Positions 9,036 through 19,278 of a stretch of DNA of 64,000 nucleotides are shown here, one piece after another; the first letter of the stretch is position 1, and each line of letters opens with the position of its first letter. A program made the position numbers and the translations under genes. The stretch comes from a virus. Lineage: Duplodnaviria > Caudoviricetes. The stretch is taken from positions 117,490 through 181,489 of the IMG/VR virus record IMGVR_UViG_3300032233_002657; one strand, written 5' to 3'. Under the pieces are notes generated by a model that had not been told where the DNA came from, searched no databases, and saw only the letters and a list, made by a program, of their open reading frames with translations.

Positions 9036-10472
9036 TTAAGCAAGTTGGTTGTAAGCTACAACCGCTCGGCCATAATGGTATTCTTGAGATTTATCTGCAG
9101 AAGCAGCCTTTAACCACTGTAATTGGTGCATGGCATATGCCTTGGCCAAGTCTTCGTGCTTGGAAAAATCTTCTGCATATTTTTCAAGATTTTTTAGAAC
9201 TGGGCGGGAAGACAGGCCAGATATCACGGCTGACCTAACTCCTATCTCCACACTTCTTACATCTACAGAGTGAGCACTGGCGAACTTAATAGCTTCTGAG
9301 TGCTGTCTCTCAGTAGATATAGTCTTAGATGGATCGGTGGATCTATCGCTAGCTAGCTTTTCAATAGTGGAGACGTCTCCAATCAATTTAGTAAACACAT
9401 TAGGGAGATGGCGCTTAACTTCAGCTGCTATTTTTTCTTGGCCTTTAGCTGATAACCAGTCTTCCAAAGATACAAGAATACCTTGCTTAGCGCATGCTGC
9501 CCAAGGGTAGATCCCGTTTATGGAGCTTTGCTTCCAGAAAGGAAGAGGCTTTACTCTTGCAGATACAACTGCCATAAGGACTGGGCTGCACACTCCAGCT
9601 GATTTCTCTAAGTTAGATAAACTTCTAGCTATCTCAGCTAGTTTTACGGAGCCTTCAGAAAGATCACCGGATAGTATGCTGTCCGATGCTCCTACTCCAG
9701 CTAACTCAGCAAGTTCTGCTCCGCCTACTACGCACAAGCCAGAGGCAGCTTTATAATGACCAACTACCCAGGCTATTCGGTCGGCTGGGCGGTAAACGTC
9801 GCTTATGTCGAACCAAGTCGGGTTCGGGTTATCAACATGAAGAACGTGGCCGTCTTCTGCAACTTTAGTAAGGTTAAATTTGCAACCGCCGTACTTGCAC
9901 ATATCTTCTGTGCAGTACTCATCTCTATTCTTTGCTTTATTGCCGCATCCGGAACACACATCATGGGAAACTCTGCAGGCCATGCTTACGCCCCAGTTGT
10001 CATCCCCCGAAGCTATCTTCTGCATTTCTTTATCGGCTACTAATCCTTTATTTCGATCTGCTGCTTCCTTAGTAGCGTTAAGAGCTACGATGAGCTCTAC
10101 TCGTTTCATCTTATCGTTGAACATGGAAGCCTTAACCATACCGTAGCTTTTTTCAGTGTCTTTGTTTTTGTGGTTTCTGTACCACCGAGCGTGCTTAACA
10201 AAAGTGTCATGGTACTTACGGCAGGTGGCTTCTTTAAAGCCGTCACCGTTGCGGTTAGGGCCGTATGCCTCTGTAGAACCTATAGCAATCATATGAATGG
10301 GTTGTTCGCCTGGCTTAAACTCTATTCCCCTAAGGAGGTGAGCAGCTTCGTCTCCAGCCCTCTTTACAAATGAAGAAAGATCGTGACCAACCAATCCTTT
10401 GGAGGATACTTTAACTATAGAGCTAACGGAGTCTCCGAAGCTCTGCGAGTTAGGGGCTATGATCTTAATCAT
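9036..10472 (-). CDS. Probable prohead (maturation) protease with Cys-rich insert
   Basis: N-half has PNRNGDGF, YRNH (candidate catalytic His) and WGVSMAC (candidate catalytic Ser), followed by CSGCGN..YC; located upstream of scaffold/MCP. The C-half is KxA-rich. Confidence 0.65.
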   Translation of the reverse strand: MIKIIAPNSQSFGDSVSSIVKVSSKGLVGHDLSSFVKRAGDEAAHLLRGIEFKPGEQPIHMIAIGSTEAYGPNRNGDGFKEATCRKYHDTFVKHARWYRNHKNKDTEKSYGMVKASMFNDKMKRVELIVALNATKEAADRNKGLVADKEMQKIASGDDNWGVSMACRVSHDVCSGCGNKAKNRDEYCTEDMCKYGGCKFNLTKVAEDGHVLHVDNPNPTWFDISDVYRPADRIAWVVGHYKAASGLCVVGGAELAELAGVGASDSILSGDLSEGSVKLAEIARSLSNLEKSAGVCSPVLMAVVSARVKPLPFWKQSSINGIYPWAACAKQGILVSLEDWLSAKGQEKIAAEVKRHLPNVFTKLIGDVSTIEKLASDRSTDPSKTISTERQHSEAIKFASAHSVDVRSVEIGVRSAVISGLSSRPVLKNLEKYAEDFSKHEDLAKAYAMHQLQWLKAASADKSQEYHYGRAVVAYNQLA

Positions 10473-10474
10473 TG

Positions 10475-11488
10475 TTAGTCCTCTTTTTTGTAGTAGTTGC
10501 CCATATAGTTGCTTACTGGCCCGCTTGCAAGAATGGCCAGTAACGCTCCGGGTATTCCACCTACGCCTGACCGAGTCCAGCCACCTGGCTTGCCGTTTAA
10601 GGTCTGCCCCGCGGTTCCCTTAGTAGCTAAAATTCGATTAAGATCATCTCTAAGCCCTGGCAGTTTATTTTGATTATGCTTTAATACTTTTAAGGCCTCT
10701 CCATAATCGTAGCCTTTCTGCTTAAAGGCTTGATGTGCAGCCTGATTAGCCTCAAATGCCTTAAACGCGTCAAGTTTTCCTGGGTAAGCCGCTGCGTCTC
10801 TAAGATAGTTTTTGTAGATTGCGGAACTAGGGGAGTAGGGCATGCCGGTTGCTTTAAGTGGATATATAGGCTCAGCCCCAGGATTAGCGACGGCTCGCAT
10901 CCTAGCTGGCTCAAGCCCTGGGCCTACTGGCCTAGGAGTATTAAGTATGTCTTGTATCTGCGATTTGAGGCCAGTTGCTTCAGGGTTCTGAAAGTTAAAC
11001 AGGCCTCCGGCAAGTCTTTTTCCAACAACGTAGCCGCCTGTGCCAGCCAGTGCAGCGTTGCCTGGAGCGGCCATTATACCGGCCCCCGCTAAGGCTGCTT
11101 CATTAGCAAGGGTATCAAGAGGGCCATTAGGCTTACTCTCACTTAAAGATCTTACTGTGTCCGTCCAAGATTTTTCTGTGTTCTTATTTTTGTCATCCTT
11201 CTTAGAATCCATTTCTGTCATTAGCCCACCTACAGCTGCTCCTGGAAGAGCGCCTATAAGGCCGCCGTACAGAGCGTTCCTTAAATTTAATTTTTTACCT
11301 TTTAAATAGTCGTACCCGAGGGTGCCTAGGCCCCCTACTCCAGCTCCAGCTAAGGCGCCTAACGCGGAGTTTGTAAGTATGCCAGCCTGCTTATTCATCT
11401 TAGATTTTTGAGCTTCTACGTACATAACCGCTAATTGGTTACTTGCTTCTGAGGCTGTCTTACTGAATATGCTATTATCTAGGCTCAT
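10475..11488 (-). CDS. Glycine-zipper membrane-like virion protein
   Basis: After ...NKQA comes GALAGAGVGGLG..YDYL..LRNALYGGLIGALPGAAVGG; no Cys. Confidence 0.55.
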   Translation of the reverse strand: MSLDNSIFSKTASEASNQLAVMYVEAQKSKMNKQAGILTNSALGALAGAGVGGLGTLGYDYLKGKKLNLRNALYGGLIGALPGAAVGGLMTEMDSKKDDKNKNTEKSWTDTVRSLSESKPNGPLDTLANEAALAGAGIMAAPGNAALAGTGGYVVGKRLAGGLFNFQNPEATGLKSQIQDILNTPRPVGPGLEPARMRAVANPGAEPIYPLKATGMPYSPSSAIYKNYLRDAAAYPGKLDAFKAFEANQAAHQAFKQKGYDYGEALKVLKHNQNKLPGLRDDLNRILATKGTAGQTLNGKPGGWTRSGVGGIPGALLAILASGPVSNYMGNYYKKED

Positions 11489-11544
11489 GACTTATGTGTC
11501 CCTTAAACAAAATAAAATATTAGGTTGTCGTCTAATCAGTAAAC

Positions 11545-12930
11545 TTAAAGCCCTACATCAGACCCGCCGCTGCTGTTTAGCTTCTTCCTAAAATTAGATG
11601 TATGCGCTCTAGTTTTCTCTATGTCCAGCATTTGCTGTACATCAGATGGATCTATAGCTGCGTTTCCGCCTTCCAATCTTTTTCTAAGCAGTGGTCTCAT
11701 TATGGCTGGATTAGAAGAAGCGTCTGGGGCTATGTGGCTTACTTCGTTAAAGTGGAAAGCCACGTCTTCAGGATGGTGAGCGCCTATGACGTCGTCATTT
11801 GCCATAAGGTCTGACAAGGCGGTACTGGCTCTTATGTTTTTTAAAACTAAGTCCTGAACCATCTGGTCATTTTTAAACTCTAAGTTACCTATGGCGTCCG
11901 CGTTACTTTCTGGGCCTTTGGTATTAAGCAAGTCTTTAGAGGCGCTGTACATACCACCAGCTATTTGATTAGACCTGTTAGTCAATCTTCCAAGCCCTTT
12001 TGCAACAGCCCCGCTGCCGCCTTCTGAGTCATCTTCGGCTGCTGTCTTAATACCGTCCATAACTGACCCTGTGTAGTCAACAGGAAGAGACTTAGCGAAT
12101 GCTGAAGATATGGCTGAATTTATATCTTTAGATATGTATGCAGCAGCTGCCTTTTTATTAATGTGAGTAGAAGCCAGCTCCATACATTCCTGTATGGTTC
12201 TGTAAGGCTCGCACTTGATGTCGACCGCGGCGTTTGCTTCCGCCACGGTGCCAGCCTGTTTCTTAAGAGCCTTATTGGAGCCTGATAGAATATCTAAAAG
12301 GGCCGCAGCTTTCTTGCCGAACAATTTAGAGCTGTTATCCTTAGCCACGCTAAATGGAACACTTCCAAAGGTTCTAAAATAAGAAGCTAACTTGGATATC
12401 CCTTCCATCATTTTGTCTTTATTATTGGCCGAGTCCATTCTCAGCTTTTCTACGTTTCTTCCCATCTTCTCTATAAGGGAGCTAACGGCTCTAGTGTTAC
12501 CTAATTGATCTTTGGGCATGGCAGCATAGCTTCCTTTGTCGGAAGCTAATTTTGCCAAGGGCTTTAATTCAACTGACTTAGAAGCTGGCTTGTATTTGTA
12601 TATGTCAGATATGGCTGCTTCTTTGAGCATGCTGGAAGCAGTTTTAATAGAGTCTGGGTACACCAGGCCTATAACTGTCTTAAGGTCAGCAAGTTCAAAC
12701 TCAGCCAGCTTTTCCATAGGGTCTTCCCCTGATTGGCGCTGGGCTTCGCTTCTGCCAGTGTTGTAAGCTCGAACCATAAGCTCTAAATGACCAACGGGAA
12801 CCCCGTTAGCGGAAGCTGTTTTAGATATGGCCTCATTCGGGGATAAGCCAGAGTTTACTAACTCTGCTACCTCTCCTAGAGAGTCGGTTATCTTGGTTTC
12901 GGCTTCTTTACTAAGTCGTTGCGCTGCCAT
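11545..12930 (-). CDS. Hypothetical KxA-rich helical protein (putative inner head)
   Basis: 461 aa with at least 8 KxA[S/A/G] motifs (KTAS x2, KEAA, KLAS x2, KQAG, KKAA, KTAA). Confidence 0.55.
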   Translation of the reverse strand: MAAQRLSKEAETKITDSLGEVAELVNSGLSPNEAISKTASANGVPVGHLELMVRAYNTGRSEAQRQSGEDPMEKLAEFELADLKTVIGLVYPDSIKTASSMLKEAAISDIYKYKPASKSVELKPLAKLASDKGSYAAMPKDQLGNTRAVSSLIEKMGRNVEKLRMDSANNKDKMMEGISKLASYFRTFGSVPFSVAKDNSSKLFGKKAAALLDILSGSNKALKKQAGTVAEANAAVDIKCEPYRTIQECMELASTHINKKAAAAYISKDINSAISSAFAKSLPVDYTGSVMDGIKTAAEDDSEGGSGAVAKGLGRLTNRSNQIAGGMYSASKDLLNTKGPESNADAIGNLEFKNDQMVQDLVLKNIRASTALSDLMANDDVIGAHHPEDVAFHFNEVSHIAPDASSNPAIMRPLLRKRLEGGNAAIDPSDVQQMLDIEKTRAHTSNFRKKLNSSGGSDVGL

Positions 12931-13855
12931 CGGCTGAGGCCTCCGGTAATTTAGTGCCTACTAGACGCTCTAGTATAGTTGTGTCCCCGCCGGCTATAAG
13001 CATAGCCTCTTCAGCTCTGGGTTCTGCTGCGTTAATATCCTTACCAACCCATTCGAGTGTGTTCTTGTTATTTGAGTTGGAGCCTGTCGTCACAACTGTG
13101 GACATGGCCTCCATGAAATAATTAAGAACATTGCCGCTATCCGCCCCGCCTTTATAGGATGAGGAATCTGCAGCTATCTCCTGCTCCTTCTGATGAAGTT
13201 GAAGAAGCTGTAGCTGATTCCAGCTGTTAGCCGCAACAATCTTAGAGCTCTGAAGATTCTTTCTTAGAAGGTTAGCTGATATTTCTGAATGGGCCCACTT
13301 ATTCGTTTCAGGGTCGGCTCTATGGTGTATAAGCCAGTCAAGCTTTTCGGCTCCGTATAAATACCCATAAAACTTCCACAAAATATCAAGGTCCCTTTCA
13401 GAGGCTCCTAGGAATGCGTTCTTGCCTATGGCAAAGTGCATGACCCAAGAAGCGTTATCTATTCTATCCGATACATTAAAGAACAGACTTTCATACCATT
13501 TTATGCATTTAGGTGATAGGTTAGTCATCTTTGAAATAACCAAGATGTCTGTTCTAGCTAGAATCCTAGCTTCTAATTCCCACTTTAAAAGCTTGGCTTC
13601 TTGCCTGCTGTATACCTCATAAGCATCGGCTAAGGCTTGGTTAGCCATACACTTAGCGCAATACTCCCAAGCATCTTCGACTTTGTCTATCATGCTAAAA
13701 AACTTCCAAGCCGCTTGCACGAACTTATCATCTTTAAACCTGTCAGGGTTCTTGCTAGAGGTGAAGAGAGCTACAGCGCGCTTCCACCTCCAATCCGTAG
13801 GCCTGGTAGGGCTGGATTTTCTTAAGTTCACATATTCAGCAAGGCTGGCTTCCAT
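12911..13855 (-). CDS. Hypothetical protein
   Basis: 314 aa ORF in operon, overlapping both neighbours; no recognised motif. Confidence 0.6.
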   Translation of the reverse strand: MEASLAEYVNLRKSSPTRPTDWRWKRAVALFTSSKNPDRFKDDKFVQAAWKFFSMIDKVEDAWEYCAKCMANQALADAYEVYSRQEAKLLKWELEARILARTDILVISKMTNLSPKCIKWYESLFFNVSDRIDNASWVMHFAIGKNAFLGASERDLDILWKFYGYLYGAEKLDWLIHHRADPETNKWAHSEISANLLRKNLQSSKIVAANSWNQLQLLQLHQKEQEIAADSSSYKGGADSGNVLNYFMEAMSTVVTTGSNSNNKNTLEWVGKDINAAEPRAEEAMLIAGGDTTILERLVGTKLPEASADGSATT

Positions 13856-14286
13856 TATCCTACGTCACTCCAACCTGAAAGTGATATATCCCAAGTAGCG
13901 TCGCCTGATCCATTCGGGTAAATCTGAACGTATATTCTTCTCTGCCTATCTGAGAGAGGGCCATCGCCGTTCTTGTAAGCTCGGCCAAACTCATCTGATA
14001 AAGATAAGTACTCTCCAGAAACCCCGTTGGCTTGAGGAAACACTCTGTAAAGTTCTTGGTCTGCTGAGTAGTCGCCGCCTACTTCGTCTCCGCCAGACGA
14101 GGAAGCTGATAAGAATGCTTTTTTAGAGTTAAATATGTCTACCGTGAAATCAGAAAGGGAGTCGTTGCCCACTTGCTTTACGACTATTTTCTTTATGAAT
14201 CCTTCAGAGAAGAATCCAAGCGAAAGCTGAGTCGGTGAGCCCTTGGGTGCTACTACGCTTCTATAGTGTTTTTCGTAAATACGCAT
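13855..14286 (-). CDS. Hypothetical beta-rich structural protein
   Basis: 143 aa, GGAG RBS, TAATG coupling to the next gene. Confidence 0.55.
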   Translation of the reverse strand: MRIYEKHYRSVVAPKGSPTQLSLGFFSEGFIKKIVVKQVGNDSLSDFTVDIFNSKKAFLSASSSGGDEVGGDYSADQELYRVFPQANGVSGEYLSLSDEFGRAYKNGDGPLSDRQRRIYVQIYPNGSGDATWDISLSGWSDVG

Positions 14287-14298
14287 TTATAGCTCCAT

Positions 14299-16677
14299 TT
14301 ACACGTTGTTATCTTCAAGGCTTATGCCTTCATCGGGATACGAGTCTATAGTCTTCTGCTTCAGGAACAATAGTAGATCGCCCATCTGCTCAAACGAGTT
14401 TCTAAGATTATCTTCAAGTTCTGGCATATCCTTCTTACCGTACCGGTCTTCAAACTTATCTTTGTGCCAGTAGAAGCTAAACAAAATCCTACCAATCTTA
14501 TCTAGGCCGCCCATGAGGTCTCCTAGATGTCTATCGACCATAGTGTCGTCTCTAACTGACTTTATAAGAGTGCCTATCATAGAAGTATCAAATACTTCTT
14601 TTTGTCCTGACTGAGCGGCGTTGTATCCTATAGCCATGGTCTTAGGATCAGGTAGCCTAGGGTCGTACAAAGCGGTATTAGACTGAAGCGACGTCCCTGC
14701 CATTGCAGGTATAGCCTGCTGCATAGGGTAAGAAGACTGCACGCTTCCTAAAAGAGTTTGTTCCATACCCGTTGGCTGAGTTGGAAATGCTGGAGCCGTG
14801 GTGCCGCCCATCATGCTTGGGTCCATAGGGTCGCCAGGAGCAGCTGACTTTATTAAGTCTCCTGCGTCTTCTTTTACTGGTTTGTGAATTATGTAGTTAG
14901 CAACCTTAAGGGTCTTAGCTTCGTCTAATATAACTCTAGCCTGCTTTTCTCTAAGAGCTACGTCCCTAACCAAGTGTATAAGCGCGTTCTGTGGGTCTAG
15001 CACTCTGCCGTTAATGCTAACTTCAGAGCCAGTGTGCCTTACGTTTAATGAGGCCGTCTTCTGATAAATAGCATGCTGAAGATCGTTAAGATCGCCTGGG
15101 ACTATAGCCCCATCCCCGCAGCAGCTGTCTCCGCTCAGCTTTACAGCTTTAAAATTGCCAGGAATGTAAAGGTCACCGTTAATAGACTTAATTCTCACAC
15201 CTGGCTTGTCAGTTACATATAAATTCTGCCCTGCACCTATGTGAGACATGCCCCCGCTAAAATCACTATAAGCTCCTTTAGCCACGGCAGGAAGGTACTT
15301 TGGTCTAGCTTGAGAAGCGTAATCAAGGTATCGCACCTTGTAGCCACTAGTGCCGTCAGAATCCCCCATTACCTTTAACACTTCAAACGGAACGCTGGCG
15401 TCGCCGGTTTCACTAACAGCTAAATAGACATTCCCCTTTGATAAAGACGAAAGGCTAGAAAGCTCTTCAAAAAACTTGGCAAAGCTTTGGCCGCTATTTT
15501 TACTTTCAGGAGCGTCTTGGCCCCCATCTCTTGGCGGACGTGTAAACAAGTTACCTGGGTGACTGTTAATCCAGTGCTTCTCACCTGTGTAGTTAACTAC
15601 AGTGGCGAAGTCATGGCGCCCTGAAGGGCCATGAGGCATAAGGAAAATTATGGTCTTAAGCATGGAGAAAGGACAAACTAAAAGATCATAGACACCGGTA
15701 GAAGCAGGATTCTCTATTGAGGTAGGTTCCTGCACTTTGTAAGCGATAGCCGTGTCGTCTTTTGTCCTAGCGTCTCTAAATATAACCCCGTCTGTAAGGA
15801 GTTTTTCCTTATCAGCTTTTGGAGAATCCATAACTCCATCTGAAGAAGCGTTGAAACTTCTGATCATGATGGTAAGGGCTTTCTTTTCCTGAGGCTTAAT
15901 GTATACGTCTTCTTCAGACAGAATACCAGGCTCTGGAATGCTTTTAAGCTTATCGACAGCATTCTTTATAAAGTCAGACCCGTAAACTTTTTCAATAGCT
16001 TCTGCCATCTTTGGAAACTGCTGGCATGTACCTATAAGAGCTTTAACTAATTCTTTAAACGCTTGCTTACCATGAGCTGCTTCTTTAGTAAGAAAAGATT
16101 TAAGAGTAAGGGCGTTATTAAACTTTGGATCGTTGGAAGGATTGGTGCAAGCAAACTTAGCAAAGGATCTTACTCCTTCGCGCATCTCGTCTTTATCTAC
16201 TGCTGATGCAAACTTAGCAGGTGGTCGGCTGAAAGCTTGCAGGTCAGGTGAAAGAAATCCTAGTCTAGCCATGTTCTGATCTGTCTTCTTTCCTAAGCTA
16301 GCAGGCTTACGTCGTAGAATGTAGTTAAGCCAGTTTTCTTTAAGTGGCACAAACTGATCTTGGTCTTTAAGGTAGAGCAGCTCATGGCCTTTAAGATCGC
16401 CATTAATAAAAAATACAGGGGCGTAAAGCCATTGAGGCCCAACCTTAAATCCAAACAAGCCAACAGCTTTGGTGTTGTCTTCGTTGCGTTCCATGAGCTC
16501 GAAGCCTACCTCATAGTCGAGTAGGCCTGGGGCTTTGTCTTTTAGATAGGCATGCGCAAGGTTGCTAAATGCCTGTTCAAACTGAACATCGTTTCCAGCC
16601 CCTCCAAGCTCGGCTTTTTTTACGAAGCCTGCAATAGGTGGGAGAGGGTTCAGAAAACTATTACTTTTGTTGCTCAT
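14299..16677 (-). CDS. Large hypothetical virion protein
   Basis: About 792 aa from MSNKS (16677; GAAGG RBS, promoter just upstream); KxA motifs punctuate it (VKKA, AKFA, TKEA, QKTA, IKSA); contains PMDPSMMGG, shared with ORF 19268-19882. Confidence 0.6.
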   Translation of the reverse strand: MSNKSNSFLNPLPPIAGFVKKAELGGAGNDVQFEQAFSNLAHAYLKDKAPGLLDYEVGFELMERNEDNTKAVGLFGFKVGPQWLYAPVFFINGDLKGHELLYLKDQDQFVPLKENWLNYILRRKPASLGKKTDQNMARLGFLSPDLQAFSRPPAKFASAVDKDEMREGVRSFAKFACTNPSNDPKFNNALTLKSFLTKEAAHGKQAFKELVKALIGTCQQFPKMAEAIEKVYGSDFIKNAVDKLKSIPEPGILSEEDVYIKPQEKKALTIMIRSFNASSDGVMDSPKADKEKLLTDGVIFRDARTKDDTAIAYKVQEPTSIENPASTGVYDLLVCPFSMLKTIIFLMPHGPSGRHDFATVVNYTGEKHWINSHPGNLFTRPPRDGGQDAPESKNSGQSFAKFFEELSSLSSLSKGNVYLAVSETGDASVPFEVLKVMGDSDGTSGYKVRYLDYASQARPKYLPAVAKGAYSDFSGGMSHIGAGQNLYVTDKPGVRIKSINGDLYIPGNFKAVKLSGDSCCGDGAIVPGDLNDLQHAIYQKTASLNVRHTGSEVSINGRVLDPQNALIHLVRDVALREKQARVILDEAKTLKVANYIIHKPVKEDAGDLIKSAAPGDPMDPSMMGGTTAPAFPTQPTGMEQTLLGSVQSSYPMQQAIPAMAGTSLQSNTALYDPRLPDPKTMAIGYNAAQSGQKEVFDTSMIGTLIKSVRDDTMVDRHLGDLMGGLDKIGRILFSFYWHKDKFEDRYGKKDMPELEDNLRNSFEQMGDLLLFLKQKTIDSYPDEGISLEDNNV

Positions 16678-16716
16678 GTTCTTAACCTTCCAGGGCTTAG
16701 AAAATAACATAGAGCC

Positions 16717-16745
16717 ATTATGCTCTTTATTTGTTAATTCTGCAA
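16717..16745 (-). promoter_or_regulatory. sigma70-like promoter
   Basis: Minus strand TTGCAG-17 nt-CATAAT in an AT-rich intergenic gap. Confidence 0.5.
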
Positions 16746-16762
16746 CGCTTACGATAAATTTA

Positions 16763-17134
16763 TTATCTAGGGCGCATGTTTAGTATGTTCCTAGAAATAC
16801 TTCCACTTTTTAACAAGTCTATAACAATAGCCAGCTTTTCGTTCGTAGCCATCTTAGCATGTTCTTTACCGGATGTGGGAGTGGAGACGTCTCCACTAGC
16901 CGCCGATACAGCCGCAGCCTGATTGCTTACTGGGGGGAGCGCATTAGATGGAGAAAAAGCTGCCGGCATAGTATTCATAGATTTTATAGGTGAATTTGTA
17001 GAGCCTACGCTTTTAAGGTCGGATATTGGTGCGGAGGCCTGAGGGCCGGTTAGCTTGGGAAGAGTTAAATCCTTGGAAGCACTTACAGAGTTGTTTCCAG
17101 ACCAGTTAGCCCATTTATATATGAACGCGCTCAT
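16763..17134 (-). CDS. Hypothetical Ser/Pro-rich protein
   Basis: 123 aa directly after the RNAP beta'-C gene; carries a perfect palindrome copy. Confidence 0.5.
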   Translation of the reverse strand: MSAFIYKWANWSGNNSVSASKDLTLPKLTGPQASAPISDLKSVGSTNSPIKSMNTMPAAFSPSNALPPVSNQAAAVSAASGDVSTPTSGKEHAKMATNEKLAIVIDLLKSGSISRNILNMRPR

Positions 17135-19057
17135 TTAAAGTACACCGCCATTTGATTCGTCCGGAGAAAGAATATTATTTTTAGCCTGGTTTGTATCATA
17201 ACCTTTTACTGGACCTTTTCTACCGAATTCAACCGACTTAGCCAAAGAAGGTACATACGAAGTTCCTTGCTCGTCGCTTATGGCTCCCCTATGCACGGCT
17301 TGAAGGGTAGACTTCCTCAAATTACTTCCTAGCATTCGAGTCATCCAGTCAGGGTCATGCTGCAGGTTTTCTAGACCTCTGACAAAGTGTGCGTCAAACG
17401 GAGCTGGGTTTTTATGGGTAGTAATCTGGTTAATACCAAACTCTTCAAAATCTTTTACCATCGAAGGCTTTATTTTAGTACCTATAGTGTAATGCAAGGA
17501 GGGCTTCTCTAAGTATTGACCAACAGCTGATTTAGGGGTCATGACCTTATGTCCTTCTCGAGGTTCCCAAGAGTTCTCTATAGCGTCGTAAGGAATGACG
17601 TCGTCTGGGGCGTATTGGTTATACTCCTCATTCATCTTTATGTGGTTTATAAGACCCTTAGACATTATCTCTATATTTCGCCTATTGCCTGACATGCCTG
17701 AGTCTTTCATAGCTGTTTTAAAGGCTGTAACGAATTGTCGCCTTCCTTCGCCTATACCTTTAAACTTTGTAAGCTGTGCTGGGTTTGCTATTCCGTCAGA
17801 CAGCATGTCTCCTGCCTCTACGTTGTCATGCAGTTTCACAGTTAGGCCTACCTGAGGATTAACGTAATGGTCTATGCCGTCAATTCCTATAAACATGCCG
17901 CCGGTTGGAGCAGGCTTGATACTGGTAACCTTTCCATCTCTTTGAGCATGAGTAGCCCAATATGGAGATTGCTTAGGGGATTGCACTAACTGGTTTAGGT
18001 GCTTAAAGCCAGACACAGCCCCTGCGGCTCCGGCTACTCCGCCTGTGTGCTTGGAACTAAGCTGACCTTGGGATATAGGTTCAGATAAAGCCTGCATGGC
18101 GGCTATGCCTACTGAATCACCTGAAGGAGCTAGGCCGCCTCTTTCTCTTACGCCTAGGTCTTTAGAGTAGACCCCACCATCCGCAGCCCCAAAAGCTACA
18201 GGGCTTCTTACTACTATTCTCTTTAGTCCTTTAGCCTTGAGATCTTTAAGAACTCTAGGAGACAGCAAAGTATTCCTGCTGTAGCCCCCAGCGGACATAG
18301 CAAGAAGGGCTCCCTCGTTATCATCGTCATTAAGGTCTACAGGCATACCCCTATTTTCGCCACGAGTAGGGTCAGGATCATCATCCCCTACTACTATCAT
18401 TCTGTGCCCTACCTGATTCAACTGCTTAGAAAAGAACCCGGCGTCCATGGTAGAAAACTTAGTATCTGAAACGCCTTTTCTAGCACCGAATGTGCCTGCA
18501 AAGTATTCAGCTGGGTTTAGCCCTTTAGAGTATGAATTGAATACAGGTATAGGAATCGGGTTATCGTGATGATCAGTGTATAGAAGATCTCCGCCTCTTA
18601 AGCTTTTTAAATTCATAGCCTTACCCCTAGACCCAGACTGTATCTGACGGGCTAGCTGGTTGTTCTCTCTTATGGAGTCGTCAAATATGCCTTTCTCCAT
18701 TGGCTTCTGTGCGGCATTTAGAAGATCTATCATCTTAGTATTTTTAGCGCCTTCGTCGTCTCTGTTATCAGCCATTATTTTAGCAATGGCTATTCTTAGC
18801 TCTGCTTTGCTGTCTATGGAGAACTTTGATTCTCTTAGATCTTTTAGACCAAATGAAAACCCACCGCTTGAGTAGGAAACGTCTCTGCCTACGTCGTACA
18901 GCTTCTTAGATATGTCTCTATATTTTTCTGGATGTTTTTCAGCTATGAGCTGCATTAGCGCAGTTGAAGCCTTAGAATCAAGCGATCTTGAATAGTCCTT
19001 CAGCTCTTCTGGAAGGGCATCATTAACCATGATCTGGCCCACAGTGGTCCTAAGCAT
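17135..19057 (-). CDS. Phage multisubunit RNA polymerase, beta' C-terminal half
   Basis: TTVGQ start, SGSRG, bridge helix GLNPAEYF..TFGARKGVSDTKFSTMDAGFFSKQL, trigger loop GDSVGIAAMQALSEPISQGQLSSKHTGG; all correspond to RpoC motifs. Confidence 0.9.
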   Translation of the reverse strand: MLRTTVGQIMVNDALPEELKDYSRSLDSKASTALMQLIAEKHPEKYRDISKKLYDVGRDVSYSSGGFSFGLKDLRESKFSIDSKAELRIAIAKIMADNRDDEGAKNTKMIDLLNAAQKPMEKGIFDDSIRENNQLARQIQSGSRGKAMNLKSLRGGDLLYTDHHDNPIPIPVFNSYSKGLNPAEYFAGTFGARKGVSDTKFSTMDAGFFSKQLNQVGHRMIVVGDDDPDPTRGENRGMPVDLNDDDNEGALLAMSAGGYSRNTLLSPRVLKDLKAKGLKRIVVRSPVAFGAADGGVYSKDLGVRERGGLAPSGDSVGIAAMQALSEPISQGQLSSKHTGGVAGAAGAVSGFKHLNQLVQSPKQSPYWATHAQRDGKVTSIKPAPTGGMFIGIDGIDHYVNPQVGLTVKLHDNVEAGDMLSDGIANPAQLTKFKGIGEGRRQFVTAFKTAMKDSGMSGNRRNIEIMSKGLINHIKMNEEYNQYAPDDVIPYDAIENSWEPREGHKVMTPKSAVGQYLEKPSLHYTIGTKIKPSMVKDFEEFGINQITTHKNPAPFDAHFVRGLENLQHDPDWMTRMLGSNLRKSTLQAVHRGAISDEQGTSYVPSLAKSVEFGRKGPVKGYDTNQAKNNILSPDESNGGVL

Positions 19058-19059
19058 GA

Positions 19060-19278
19060 TTACCCTCCAAGTGTTATTTTCTTTATTCCCGGTGGTGTTA
19101 TTCCGTTTTGCTCTAAAGTATCTGCAAAACTGGAGTCGGCGGCCGTAACGCAGGTTATTACAGAATCTGAATTATCTAGGAACAAGGCTATAGGGTTATT
19201 TAAGTTGTCGTAAATAACTAGCCTTGTTGCCTTTGCCGGTGGAGTCTTATCAAAAAAATTATGATAATCAAGAATCAT
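19060..19278 (-). CDS. Small hypothetical protein
   Basis: 72 aa, coupled to neighbours; its end supplies the GGAGG RBS of the RNAP gene. Confidence 0.55.
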   Translation of the reverse strand: MILDYHNFFDKTPPAKATRLVIYDNLNNPIALFLDNSDSVITCVTAADSSFADTLEQNGITPPGIKKITLGG

